Assembly: GCF_037042905.1 (NCBI RefSeq)
Contig: NC_087245.1
Coordinates: 39,372,001 to 39,436,000 of the forward strand
Direction of reading: 5' to 3'
Origin: Lytechinus pictus
Taxonomy: Eukaryota
DNA: 64,000 nucleotides
In this document: piece after piece, positions 40,386 to 53,328 of the stretch
How positions within the stretch are numbered: the first letter of the stretch is position 1
Layout of the letters: each line of letters begins with the position of its first letter
Made by a program: the position numbers and the translations under genes
The notes under the pieces: generated by a model
What the model saw: the letters and a program-made list of their open reading frames with translations, nothing else
Databases searched by the model: none
Told to the model about the DNA's origin: nothing

Positions 40386-41644
40386 GAAATTTTGTCACCA
40401 TTTTTATTTCTCAAATCAAAATCTCTCAGCCAAAATTTCACTTAACGACACGACTTAGCATACTTTCTATTAATTATTCATTTTATAAGGATTTTTTTAT
40501 TGACATTGTAGATCGACTGGGAATATATATAGGGAAATTAAGATGCCAACATAGATGAGTTTCTTAACATTGAGAGAGCGTCAGACTGAAGATATGAAGG
40601 TCCCTGGTTCAAACCATACACAGATAATCATGAACTGTCCCGGGTGTCGGCAGATCTTCAGTTATCACTTTAACAATAAATTTCACACCATCCCATCACA
40701 AATCCAATGACAAACAGAAAAACTGCAATTTCAAAATAAAATTGATGTTGATTGAAATTGATTAGTGTTGAATTAGTCTTTATTGTATGAGGTTTATGGA
40801 CAATACTGATGCAAATGACATTATTAAAAGCTCAAATTCATGTAAACCCTGGATAGAAAGCATCATTTTTATTGATAATTCAAAAGTTTTTAAGAAGTTC
40901 TCAGATGCCGAGATAGTGCATCAGACTGAAGATCTGAAGGTCCCTGGTTCAAAACTTCACAAATATGATTCTGGACTTCCCGGGTCTAGGAATTTTTTTT
41001 TACAATTGCTTTTTACCCAATTTTATACAACCAACCCCCCCCCCCCCCCCACGATGAAAAGTAGCGTCGTGAATGCCTCAAATACATATCTGTCATCCCT
41101 TCATCATAATTTATTATGACAAAATTTTGTCCTATCTATACTTTATTATCAAATTTATTTTTAGAGACAAGATGACCCGAAGGCAATTTTTGCATTAGCT
41201 TTGTCCCTTTTATACACTTGCAGACGTCTGGTTGATAATCACTCGAATTGAATATCTAACATATAGTACATTGAAAGTGCTTCCCAGTGGGTGGATGTCG
41301 GGAGGTGTTCTTTTTAGCGCTTAGTGCATATATACAAGATATTTTTCGTCCAAAAAGATAACTATTCAATATAATGCCCAGAGAATTTGCCAGAGTAAAA
41401 AGTAAAAATATCATAAATAATAGATTAACCCTCAATAATTATTGTGTGAATCGTGAAAAAATGAAGCCCGAAAAAGAATTGTCCGCATATTGTGCTGAAA
41501 ATCCCCCCCCCCAAAAAAAAAAAAGACAACGACGATTATTTATCAGAGAATAAAAGTTCGGAGAACCGAAGTGGCGATTTCGGCGAACGGTACCGCTAGA
41601 ACACCGTCTTATTAAAACTTATAAATATTCATTTTCCAAAATTC

Positions 41645-41682
41645 TGCCGAGACCCGGGAAAGTTCAATATTCGTATGATTTT

Positions 41683-41733
<51 letters not shown>

Positions 41734-41738
41734 TCGGC
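41645..41738 (-). tRNA. trnF-GAA: tRNA-Phe(GAA) with 21-nt T-loop insertion
   Basis: Consensus exons; insert AATCATACGAATATTGAACTT. Confidence 0.8.
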
Positions 41739-42200
41739 ATCTGAAAGCTATTTGTATAACTATGGATAATCAAGGGTGCTTTCTATTCAGAATAACATGA
41801 CAAAGATGGGAGGTTTGATTATGTCATTGAAAGAAATCGTTTCCCATGGCTGTTTCTTGAGAAGAATTTCGATGACAAGGAATTTATCGATGGCAGAAGG
41901 GGTGGGGGAGTGAGGGAGGGTCGGTCGACGCTTGAGCTTACAAGCCAAAATATTTGCTTTATGCATACGGAATTGAGCAACAGCCAAAAGCAATTGCTAC
42001 TTTTTAAGCATCCGACCCACTGAACTACTGTATAATATAGGCCCGATGGCTCAGTTGAATTATCTTGGTTTTGTGGGGGCGTAGGGTGTGTTGAATATTA
42101 ATGGCAACGACACCATGAATACAAACCCTCCAATTCATGTCCTGAACCCTGAATAGAAAGCACCCTTGATAATCCATAGGTTTACAGCATGTTTCCAGAT

Positions 42201-42205
42201 GCCGA

Positions 42206-42256
<51 letters not shown>

Positions 42257-42295
42257 AAAATCATACAAAGATATGAACTGTCCCGGGTCTCGGCA
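42201..42295 (+). tRNA. trnF-GAA: tRNA-Phe(GAA) with 22-nt T-loop insertion
   Basis: Consensus exons and insert. Confidence 0.85.
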
Positions 42296-43534
42296 GAAAT
42301 TTTGTCACCATTTTTATTTCTTAAATCAAAATCTCTCAGCAATAATTTCCCTTAACGACACGACATAGTATACTTTCTATTGAAAATTCTTCCTTTTATA
42401 AGGATTTTTTTTACATTTTAGATCGACTGGGAACATATATAGGGAAATGAAGATGCCAAAATAGATGAGTTTGTTAACATTGAGAGAGCGTCAGACTGAA
42501 CATCTGAAGGTTCCTGGTTCAAAACCATTAAAAGATATGAACTGTTCCGGGTGTCGGCAGATTTTCAGTTATCACCTTAACAATAAATTTCACACCATCC
42601 CATCACAAATTCAATGACAAACAGAAAGACTGCAATTTCAAAATAAAATTGATGTTGATTGAAATTGATTAGTGTTGAATTAGTCTTTATTGTATGAGGT
42701 TCATGGACAAGATTGATGCCAATGACATTATCAAAAGCTCAAAATCATGTAAACCCTGGATAGAAAGCATTATTTGTATTGATAATCCAAAGGTTTATAA
42801 GAAGTACTCAGATGCCCAAATAGTGCATCAGACTAAAGATCTGAAGGTCCCTGGTTCAAAACTTCACAAATATATTTCTGGACTTCCCGGGTCTAGCTAG
42901 GCAATTTTTTTTTACAATTGTTTTTTTCTCAATTTTATACAACCACCCCCACCCCCCCCCCCCCGATGAAAAGTAGCGTAGTGAATGCCTCAAATACATA
43001 TCTGTCATCCCTTCATCATAATTTATTATGACAAAAATTGCCCTATCTGTACTTTATTTTTAGAGACAAGATGAGCCGTAGACAAATTTTGCATTAGCCT
43101 TGTCCCTTATATACACGTGCAGACGTCTGGCTGATAATATCACTCGAAATTGAATATCTAACATAATGTACATTGAGTGTGCTTTCCAGTGAGTGGATGT
43201 CGGGAGGTGTTTTTTTAGCGCTTAGCGCATATATACAAGATATTTTTCGTCCAAAAAGAGAACTATTCAATATAAAGCCTAGAAAATTCGCCTGAGTAAA
43301 AAGTAGAAATATCATAAATAATAGATGAACCCTCAATAATTATTGTGTGAATCGTGAGAAATTGAAGCCCGAAACGGATTTGTCCGCATATTGTGCTACA
43401 CATTTGAGAAAAACAGCGACAATTATTTATCAGAGAATAAAAGTACGACGGGGAACCGAAGTGGCGATTTTGGCTAATGATGCCGCTTTAATAGCGTTCT
43501 ATTAAACCTTATAAATATTCATTTTCCAATATTC

Positions 43535-43573
43535 TGCCGAGAACCGGGAAAGTTCATATCTTCTTATGATTTT

Positions 43574-43624
<51 letters not shown>

Positions 43625-43629
43625 TCGGC
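43535..43629 (-). tRNA. trnF-GAA: tRNA-Phe(GAA) with T-loop insertion, T-stem mismatch (G65T)
   Basis: 95 nt; one exon substitution. Confidence 0.65.
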
Positions 43630-44101
43630 ATCTGAAAGCTATTTGTATAACTATGGATTATTAAGGGTGATTTCTATTCAGAATAACATCATATGGATGG
43701 GAGGTTTGATTATGTCATTAAAAAAAATCGTTTTCCATGGCTGTATCTTGAGAAGAATTTCGATGACGAGGAATTTATCAATGGCAGAATGTGGAGGGAG
43801 TGAGGGAGGGTCGAAGCTTGAGCTTACAAGCCAAAATATTTGCTTTATGCATACGGAATTGAGCAACAGCCAAATAAAAGCCTAGCAAAAGCTATTGCTA
43901 CTTTTTAAGCATCTGACCCACTGAACTACTGTATAATAAAGACCCGATGGCTCGTTTTAATTATCTTGGTTTTGTGGGGGCGTAGGGAGTGTTGAATATT
44001 AATGGCAACGACACCATCAATACAAACCCTCTTATTCACGTCCTGAACCCTGAATAGAAAGCCTCCTTGATAATCCATACGTTTACAGGATGTTTCCAGA
44101 T

Positions 44102-44106
44102 GCCGA

Positions 44107-44157
<51 letters not shown>

Positions 44158-44196
44158 AAAATCATACAAAGATATGAACTGTCCCGGGTCTCGGCA
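44102..44196 (+). tRNA. trnF-GAA: tRNA-Phe(GAA) with 22-nt T-loop insertion
   Basis: Consensus exons and insert. Confidence 0.85.
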
Positions 44197-45438
44197 GAAG
44201 TTTTGTCACCATCTTTATTTCTTAAATCAAAATCTATCAGCCGAAATTTCACTTAACGACACGACATAGTATACTTGAAAATTCTTCCCTTTATAAGGAT
44301 TTTTTTTTACATTTTAGATCGACTGGGAACATTTATAGGGAAATGAAGATGCCAAAATAGATGAGTTTGTTAACATTGAGAGAGCGTCAGACTAAAGATC
44401 TGAAGGTCCCTGGTTCAAAACCATACACAGATATGAACTGTCCCGGTGTCGGCAGATTTTTAGTTATCACTTTAACAATACATTTCACACCATCCCATCA
44501 CAAAGTCAATGACAAACAGAAGGACTGCATTTTCAAAATAAAATTGATGTTTATTGAAATTGATTAGTGTTGAGTTAGTCTTTATTGTATGAGGTTCATG
44601 GACAAGATTGATGCCAATGACATTATCAAAAGCTCAAATTCATGTAAACCCTGGATAGAAAGCATCATTTGTATTGATAATTCAAAGGTTTATAAGAAGT
44701 TCTCAGATGCCGAGATAGTGCATCAGACTGAAGATCTGAAGGTCCCTGGTTCAAAACTTCACAAATATGATTCTGGACTTCCCGGGTCTAGCTAGACAAT
44801 TTTTTTTACAATTGCTTTTTACCCAATTTTATACAACCACCCCTCCCCCCAAAAAAAATGAAAAGTAGCGTCGTGAATGCCTCTAATACATATCTGTCAT
44901 CCCTTCATCATAATTAATTATGACAAAAATATGCCCTATCTATACTTTACTATCTAATTTATTTTTAGGGACAAGATGAGCCGTAGGCAATTTTTGCATT
45001 TGCCTTGTCCCTTATATACTCTTGCAGACGTCTGGTTGATAATCATTCGTAATTGAATATCTAACATACATTGAATATGCTTTCCAGTGAGTGGATATCG
45101 GGATGTGATCTTTTTAGCGCTTAGCGCATATATACAAGATATTTTTAGTCCAAAAAGAGTACAAAGCCCAGAGAATTCGCCAGAGTAAAAAGTAAAAATA
45201 TGGTAAATAAGAGATGAACCCTCAATAATTATTGTGTGAATCGTGAGATAATGAAGCCCGAAACGGAATTGTCCGCATATTGTGCTAAAAATTTGCCCCC
45301 CCCCAAAAAAAAAAAAAAGACAGCGACAATTATTTATCAGAAAATAAAAGTACGGGGAAACAAAGTGGCGATTTCGACGAACGGTGCAGCTTTAATATCG
45401 TCTTATTAAAACTTATAAATATTCATTTTCCAAAATTC

Positions 45439-45477
45439 TGCCGAGACCCGGGAAAATTCATATCTTCTAATGGTTTT

Positions 45478-45510
<33 letters not shown>

Positions 45511-45533
45511 ACTCCCAACTGAGCTATCTCGGC
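45439..45533 (-). tRNA. trnF-GAA: tRNA-Phe(GAA) with T-loop insertion, A23T (duplicate of 39739-39833)
   Basis: Same sequence 5700 bp downstream. Confidence 0.65.
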
Positions 45534-45990
45534 ATCTGAAAGCTTTTTGTATCACTGTGGATTATCAAGGGTGCTTTCTATTTAGAATAACATGATATGG
45601 ATGGGAGGTTTTTTATTGAAAGAAATCGTTTTCCATGGCTGTATCTAGAGAAGAATTTCGATGACGAGGAATTTATCAATGGCAGAATGTGGAGGGAGTG
45701 AGGGAGGGTCGAAGCTTGAGCTTACAAGCCAAAATATTTGCTTTATGATACAGAATTGAGCAACAGCCAAATAAAAGCCTAGAAAAAGCAATTGCTGCTT
45801 TTCAGCATCTGACCCACTGAATTAGAATAAAGGCCCGATGGCTCGTTTGAATTATTTTGGTTTTGTGGGGGCGTAGGTGGTGTTGAATTAATGGCAACGA
45901 CACCATCAATACAAACCCTCCAATTCATGTCCTGAACCCTAAATAGAAAGCCTCCTTGATAATCCATAAGTTTACAGGATGTTTCCCGAT

Positions 45991-45995
45991 GCCGA

Positions 45996-46046
<51 letters not shown>

Positions 46047-46085
46047 AAAATCATACAAAGATATGAACTGTCCCGGGTCTCGGCA
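45991..46085 (+). tRNA. trnF-GAA: tRNA-Phe(GAA) with 22-nt T-loop insertion
   Basis: Consensus exons and insert. Confidence 0.85.
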
Positions 46086-46273
46086 GAAATTTTGTCACCA
46101 TTTTTATTTCTCAAATCAAAATCTCTCAGCCAAAATTTCACTTAACGACACGACTTAGCATACTTTCTATTAATTATTCATTTTATAAGGATTTTTTTAT
46201 TGACATTGTAGATCGACTGGGAATATATATAGGGAAATTAAGATGCCAACATAGATGAGTTTCTTAACATTGA

Positions 46274-46310
<37 letters not shown>

Positions 46311-47346
46311 AAACCATACACAGATAATCATGAACTGTCCCGGGTGTCGGCAGATCTTCAGTTATCACTTTAACAATAAATTTCACACCATCCCATCACA
46401 AATCCAATGACAAACAGAAAAACTGCAATTTCAAAATAAAATTGATGTTGATTGAAATTGATTAGTGTTGAATTAGTCTTTATTGTATGAGGTTTATGGA
46501 CAATACTGATGCAAATGACATTATTAAAAGCTCAAATTCATGTAAACCCTGGATAGAAAGCATCATTTTTATTGATAATTCAAAAGTTTTTAAGAAGTTC
46601 TCAGATGCCGAGATAGTGCATCAGACTGAAGATCTGAAGGTCCCTGGTTCAAAACTTCACAAATATGATTCTGGACTTCCCGGGTCTAGGAATTTTTTTT
46701 TTACAATTGCTTTTTACCCAATTTTATACAACCAACCCCCCCCCCCACGATGAAAAGTAGCGTCGTGAATGCCTCAAATACATATCTGTCATCCCTTCAT
46801 CATAATTTATTATGACAAAATTTTGTCCTATCTATACTTTATTATCAAATTTATTTTTAGAGACAAGATGACCCGAAGGCAATTTTTGCATTAGCTTTGT
46901 CCCTTTTATACACTTGCAGACGTCTGGTTGATAATCACTCGAAATTGAATATCTAACATATAGTACATTGAAAGTGCTTCCCAGTGGGTGGATGTCGGGA
47001 GGTGTTCTTTTTAGCGCTTAGTGCATATATACAAGATATTTTTCGTCCAAAAAGATAACTATTCAATATAATGCCCAGAGAATTTGCCAGAGTAAAAAGT
47101 AAAAATATCATAAATAATAGATTAACCCTCAATAATTATTGTGTGAATAGTGAAAAAATGAAGCCCGAAAAAGAATTGTCCGCATATTGTGCTGAAAATC
47201 CCCCCCCCCCCCCAAAAAAAAAAAAAGACAACGACGATTATTTATCAGAGAATAAAAGTTCGGAGAACCGAAGTGGCGATTTCGGCGAACGGTACCGCTA
47301 GATCACCGTCTTATTAAAACTTATAAATATTCATTTTCCAAAATTC

Positions 47347-47384
47347 TGCCGAGACCCGGGAAAGTTCAATATTCGTATGATTTT

Positions 47385-47435
<51 letters not shown>

Positions 47436-47440
47436 TCGGC
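47347..47440 (-). tRNA. trnF-GAA: tRNA-Phe(GAA) with 21-nt T-loop insertion (duplicate of 41645-41738)
   Basis: Consensus exons. Confidence 0.8.
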
Positions 47441-47902
47441 ATCTGAAAGCTATTTGTATAACTATGGATAATCAAGGGTGCTTTCTATTCAGAATAACAT
47501 GACAAAGATGGGAGGTTTGATTATGTCATTGAAAGAAATCGTTTCCCATGGCTGTTTCTTGAGAAGAATTTCGATGACAAGGAATTTATCGATGGCAGAA
47601 GGGGTGGGGGAGTGAGGGAGGGTCGGTCGACGCTTGAGCTTACAAGCCAAAATATTTGCTTTATGCATACGGAATTGAGCAACAGCCAAAAGCAATTGCT
47701 ACTTTTTAAGCATCCGACCCACTGAACTACTGTATAATATAGGCCCGATGGCTCAGTTGAATTATCTTGGTTTTGTGGGGGCGTAGGATGTGTTGAATAT
47801 TAATGGCAACGACACCATGAATACAAACCCTCCAATTCATGTCCTGAACCCTGAATAGAAAGCACCCTTGATAATCCATAGGTTTACAGCATGTTTCCAG
47901 AT

Positions 47903-47907
47903 GCCGA

Positions 47908-47958
<51 letters not shown>

Positions 47959-47997
47959 AAAATCATACAAAGATATGAACTGTCCCGGGTCTCGGCA
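47903..47997 (+). tRNA. trnF-GAA: tRNA-Phe(GAA) with 22-nt T-loop insertion
   Basis: Consensus exons and insert. Confidence 0.85.
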
Positions 47998-49238
47998 GAA
48001 ATTTTGTCACCATTTTTATTTCTTAAATCAAAATCTCTCAGCAATAATTTCCCTTAACGACACGACATAGTATACTTTCTATTGAAAATTCTTCCTTTTA
48101 TAAGGATTTTTTTTACATTTTAGATCGACTGGGAACATATATAGGGAAATGAAGATGCCAAAATAGATGAGTTTGTTAACATTGAGAGAGCGTCAGACTG
48201 AACATCTGAAGGTTCCTGGTTCAAAACCATTAAAAGATATGAACTGTTCCGGGTGTCGGCAGATTTTCAGTTATCACTTTAACAATAAATTTCACACCAT
48301 CCCATCACAAATTCAATGACAAACAGAAAGACTGCAATTTCAAAATAAAATTGATGTTGATTGAAATTGATTAGTGTTGAATTAGTCTTTATTGTATGAG
48401 GTTCATGGACAAGATTGATGCCAATGACATTATCAAAAGCTCAAAATCATGTAAACCCTGGATAGAAAGCATTATTTGTATTGATAATCCAAAGGTTTAT
48501 AAGAAGTACTCAGATGCCCAAATAGTGAATCAGACTAAAGATCTGAAGGTCCCTGGTTCAAAACTTCACAAATATATTTCTGGACTTCCCGGGTCTAGCT
48601 AGGCAATTTTTTTTTACAATTGTTTTTTTCTCAATTTTATACAACCACCCCCACCCCCCCCCCCCCCCGATGAAAAGTAGCGTAGTGAATGCCTCAAATA
48701 CATATCTGTCATCCCTTCATCATAATTTATTATGACAAAAATTGCCCTATCTGTACTTTATTTTTAGAGACAAGATGAGCCGTAGACAAATTTTGCATTA
48801 GCCTTGTCCCTTATATACACGTGCAGACGTCTGGCTGATAATATCACTCGAAATTGAATATCTAACATAATGTACATTGAGTGTGCTTTCCAGTGAGTGG
48901 ATGTCGGGAGGTGTTTTTTTAGCGCTTAGCGCATATATACAAGATATTTTTCGTCCAAAAAGAGAACTATTCAATATAAAGCCTAGAAAATTCGCCTGAG
49001 TAAAAAGTAGAAATATCATAAATAATAGATGAACCCTCAATAATTATTGTGTGAATCGTGAGAAATTGAAGCCCGAAACGGATTTGTCCGCATATTGTGC
49101 TACACATTTGAGAAAAACAGCGACAATTATTTATCAGAGAATAAAAGTACGACGGGGAACCGAAGTGGCGATTTTGGCTAATGATGCCGCTTTAATAGCG
49201 TTCTATTAAACCTTATAAATATTCATTTTCCAATATTC

Positions 49239-49277
49239 TGCCGAGAACCGGGAAAGTTCATATCTTCTTATGATTTT

Positions 49278-49328
<51 letters not shown>

Positions 49329-49333
49329 TCGGC
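49239..49333 (-). tRNA. trnF-GAA: tRNA-Phe(GAA) with T-loop insertion, G65T (duplicate of 43535-43629)
   Basis: 95 nt; one exon substitution. Confidence 0.65.
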
Positions 49334-49805
49334 ATCTGAAAGCTATTTGTATAACTATGGATTATTAAGGGTGATTTCTATTCAGAATAACATCATATGG
49401 ATGGGAGGTTTGATTATGTCATTAAAAAAAATCGTTTTCCATGGCTGTATCTTGAGAAGAATTTCGATGACGAGGAATTTATCAATGGCAGAATGTGGAG
49501 GGAGTGAGGGAGGGTCGAAGCTTGAGCTTACAAGCCAAAATATTTGCTTTATGCATACGGAATTGAGCAACAGCCAAATAAAAGCCTAGCAAAAGCTATT
49601 GCTACTTTTTAAGCATCTGACCCACTGAACTACTGTATAATAAAGACCCGATGGCTCGTTTTAATTATCTTGGTTTTGTGGGGGCGTAGGGAGTGTTGAA
49701 TATTAATGGCAACGACACCATCAATACAAACCCTCTTATTCACGTCCTGAACCCTGAATAGAAAGCCTCCTTGATAATCCATACGTTTACAGGATGTTTC
49801 CAGAT

Positions 49806-49810
49806 GCCGA

Positions 49811-49861
<51 letters not shown>

Positions 49862-49900
49862 AAAATCATACAAAGATATGAACTGTCCCGGGTCTCGGCA
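49806..49900 (+). tRNA. trnF-GAA: tRNA-Phe(GAA) with 22-nt T-loop insertion
   Basis: Consensus exons and insert. Confidence 0.85.
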
Positions 49901-51149
49901 GAAGTTTTGTCACCATCTTTATTTCTTAAATCAAAATCTATCAGCCGAAATTTCACTTAACGACACGACATAGTATACTTGAAAATTCTTCCCTTTATAA
50001 GGATTTTTTTTTACATTTTAGATCGACTGGGAACATTTATAGGGAAATGAAGATGCCAAAATAGATGAGTTTGTTAACATTGAGAGAGCGTCAGACTAAA
50101 GATCTGAAGGTCCCTGGTTCAAAACCATACACAGATATGAACTGTCCCGGTGTCGGCAGATTTTTAGTTATCACTTTAACAATACATTTCACACCATCCC
50201 ATCACAAAGTCAATGACAAACAGAAGGACTGCATTTTCAAAATAAAATTGATGTTTATTGAAATTGATTAGTGTTGAGTTAGTCTTTATTGTATGAGGTT
50301 CATGGACAAGATTGATGCCAATGACATTATCAAAAGCTCAAATTCATGTAAACCCTGGATAGAAAGCATCATTTGTATTGATAATTCAAAGGTTTATAAG
50401 AAGTTCTCAGATGCCGAGATAGTGCATCAGACTGAAGATCTGAAGGTCCCTGGTTCAAAACTTCACAAATATGATTCTGGACTTCCCGGGTCTAGCTAGA
50501 CAATTTTTTTTACAATTGCTTTTTACCCAATTTTATACAACCACCCCTCCCCCCAAAAAAATGAAAAGTAGCGTCGTGAATGCCTCTAATACATATCTGT
50601 CATCCCTTCATCATAATTTATTATGACAAAAAATTGCCCTGTCTATACTTTACTATCTAATTTATTTTTAGAGACAAGATGAGCCGTAGACAATTTTTGC
50701 AGTAGCCTTGTCCCTTATATACTCTTGCAGACGTCTGGTTGATAATCATTCGTAATTGAATATCTAACATACATTGAATATGCTTTCCATTAAGTGGATG
50801 TCGGGAGGTGTTCTTTTTAGCGCTTAGCGCATATATACAAGATATTTTTAGTCCAAAAAGAGAACTATTCAGTACAAAGCCCAGAGAATTCGCCAGAGTA
50901 AAAAGTAAAAATATGATAAATAAGAGATGAACCCTCAATAATTATTGTGTGAATCGTGAGAAAATGAAGCCCGAAACGGAATCGTCCGCATATTGTGCTG
51001 AAAATTTGCGTCCCCCCAAAAAAAAAAAAGACAGCGACGATTATTTATCAGAGAATAAAAGTACGGGGAACCGCAGTGGTGATTTCGGCGAACGGTGCCG
51101 CTTTAATACCGTCTTATTAAAACTTATGAATATTCATTTTCCAAAATTC

Positions 51150-51244
51150 TGCCGAGACCCGGGAAAGTTCATATCTTCGTATGATTTTGAACCATGGACC
51201 TTCAGATCTTCAGTCTAACGCTCTCCCAACTGAGCTATCTCGGC
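51150..51244 (-). tRNA. trnF-GAA: tRNA-Phe(GAA) with T-loop insertion, C28T and C50A
   Basis: 95 nt; two exon substitutions. Confidence 0.6.
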
Positions 51245-51711
51245 ATCTGAAAGCTATTTGTATAACTATGGATTATCAAGGGTGCTTTCTATTCAGAATA
51301 ACATGATAGGGATGGGAGGTTGATTATGTCATTGAAAGAAATCGTTTCCCATGGCTGTATCTTGAGAAGAATTTCGATGACGAGGAATTTATCGATGGCA
51401 GAAGGGGTGGGGGAGTGAGGGAGGGGCAACGCTTGAGCTTACAAGCCAAAATATTTGCTTCATGCATACGGAATTGAGCAACAGCCAAATAAAAACCTAG
51501 CAAAAGCAATCGCTGCTTTTTAAGCATCTGACCCACTGAACTAGAATAAAGGCCCGATGGCTCGTTTGAATTATTTTGGTTTTGTGTGGGCGTAGGGAGT
51601 GTTGAATATTAATGGCAACGACATCATCAATACAAATCATGCAATTCATGTCCTGAGCCGTGAATAGAAAGCCTCCTTGATAATCCATTGGTTTACAGGA
51701 TGTTTCCAGAT

Positions 51712-51716
51712 GCCGA

Positions 51717-51767
<51 letters not shown>

Positions 51768-51806
51768 AAAATCATACAAAGATATGAACTGTCCCGGGTC
51801 TCGGCA
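51712..51806 (+). tRNA. trnF-GAA: tRNA-Phe(GAA) with 22-nt T-loop insertion
   Basis: Consensus exons and insert. Confidence 0.85.
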
Positions 51807-52124
51807 GAAATTTTGTCACCATTTTTATTTCTTAAATCAAAATCTCTCAGCAAGAATTTCCCTTAACGACACGACATAGTATACTTTCTATTGAAAATTC
51901 TTCCTTTTATAAGGATTTTTTTTTACATTTTAGATCGACTGGGAACATATATAGGGAAATGAAAATGTCAAAATAGATGAGTTTGTTAACATTTATGTGG
52001 GGGCGTAGGGAGTGTTGAATATTAATGGCAACGACACCATCAATACAAACCCTCCAATTCATGTCCTGAACCGTGAATAGAAAGCTTCCTTGATAATCCA
52101 TAGGTTTACAGGATGTTTCCAGAT

Positions 52125-52129
52125 GCCGA

Positions 52130-52180
<51 letters not shown>

Positions 52181-52219
52181 AAAATCATACAAAGATATGA
52201 ACTGTCCCGGGTCTCGGCA
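52125..52219 (+). tRNA. trnF-GAA: tRNA-Phe(GAA) with 22-nt T-loop insertion
   Basis: Consensus exons and insert; arises from a ~410-bp local duplication. Confidence 0.85.
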
Positions 52220-52674
52220 GAAATTTTGTCACCATTTTTATTTCTTAAATCAAAATCTCTCAGCCGAAATTTCACTTAACGACACGACTTAGCATACTTT
52301 CTATTAAAAATTCTTCCTTTTATAAGGATTTTTTTTAAATTGAAGATCGACTGGGAATATATAGGGAAATTGAGATGCCAAAATACATTAGTTTGTTAAC
52401 ATTGAAAATTGCTATTTAGGTATAAAACATGACCCCCAATTATTCACTCGTGAGTGGTAGGCGCATCGGGCTGATGAAAGGGATACACGTTCGTTTTTCT
52501 GTTCTTTTTTCTCAAGCGGCATTAGAAAAGCTATTACTATGGGATAGGGGAGGAGGTTACCGGGTCTTTATTGAAATGGTTAATATTCTTGGAAAAGCCT
52601 GATTTTAATGACATCACCAAATCCTCCATCCATCTTAAATAAAAAGCATCTAGTTATACAAATGGTTGTCAGAT

Positions 52675-52766
52675 GCCGAGATAGCTCACTCAGGAGAGTG
52701 GACTGAAGATCTGAAGGTCCCTGGTTCAAAACCATACAGAGATATGAACTGTCCCGGGTCTCGGCA
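52675..52766 (+). pseudogene. Degenerate tRNA-Phe copy (D-loop changes, deletion in the anticodon stem)
   Basis: GCCGAGATAGCTCACTCAGGAGAGTGGACTGAAG...; insert retained. Confidence 0.8.
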
Positions 52767-53115
52767 GATTTTTAGTTATCATTTTTTATTTGAATATGAA
52801 TTTCTTACCACCCCATCACAAATTATAGCAAAGCAGTGAAACTGCAATTTCAAAGTAAAATTGATGATGAAAGTACATTATGCTTATGTATAACTGTTAT
52901 ACCTTCATCATTTTACAGCAAAAATAAATCTAATTGTCTATTTGATAGAAATGCTATGTGATAATAAGACAAACTTTAAAATCTTATAATTTTCTTATTT
53001 TAAATCCGAATGGGGGAAATTTACAGCATTAGGCCTGTCTTAATTGTTTGATTCCTCTTTTTCTTATTCAAATCAACATCTTCTGTGGTGGATCGCTTGG
53101 CCTTTAAGAACTTAC

Positions 53116-53328
53116 CTTCCCAAAGCTTCATAGCACCAGGTGTAAGGTTCAAAGTAGATCCGAGTTTCCGGCACAAAACTCAAGCATTTCGTTAAAATGA
53201 TTGGTGTTGACCTAGGCGTACACCAAAGCATCACCCGAATCTGGTTTCTTTTCAGAATCCTTGGCCTTGGTTTCGATTTCAAAGGGCAGCAAATTTGACT
53301 TTGATGGCGGACGCTGCTGATCAGCCAT
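53116..53328 (-). pseudogene. Third, frameshifted copy of the sulfotransferase-like exon 1
   Basis: The ATG GCT GAT CAG (MADQ) start is one base out of frame with RVMLWCTPRSTP...YEALG; the AG|GTAAG donor is retained. Confidence 0.7.

Larger units (their letters stand above)
25720..52770. repeat. Tandem array of ~1.9-kb units, each with a divergent tRNA-Phe pair plus two degenerate plus-strand copies
   Basis: Recurring order: minus full copy, ~450 bp, plus full copy, 5'-degenerate copy (e.g. 26532-26639, 37638-37742, 40544-40652), D-arm-deleted copy (e.g. 31344-31427, 36168-36251, 40907-40989), ~650 bp spacer. Confidence 0.92.

Noticed and set aside
25754..52275. Recurrent ORFs such as MILNQGPSDLQSDALPTELSRH and HQTEDLKVPGSK
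   Set aside because: These are translations of the tRNA genes and their flanks; starts, stops and frames are not conserved between units.
25720..52770. CRISPR-like regular repeats
   Set aside because: The repeats are tRNA genes, the spacers are homologous to one another and hundreds of bp long, the context is eukaryotic and there are no cas genes.
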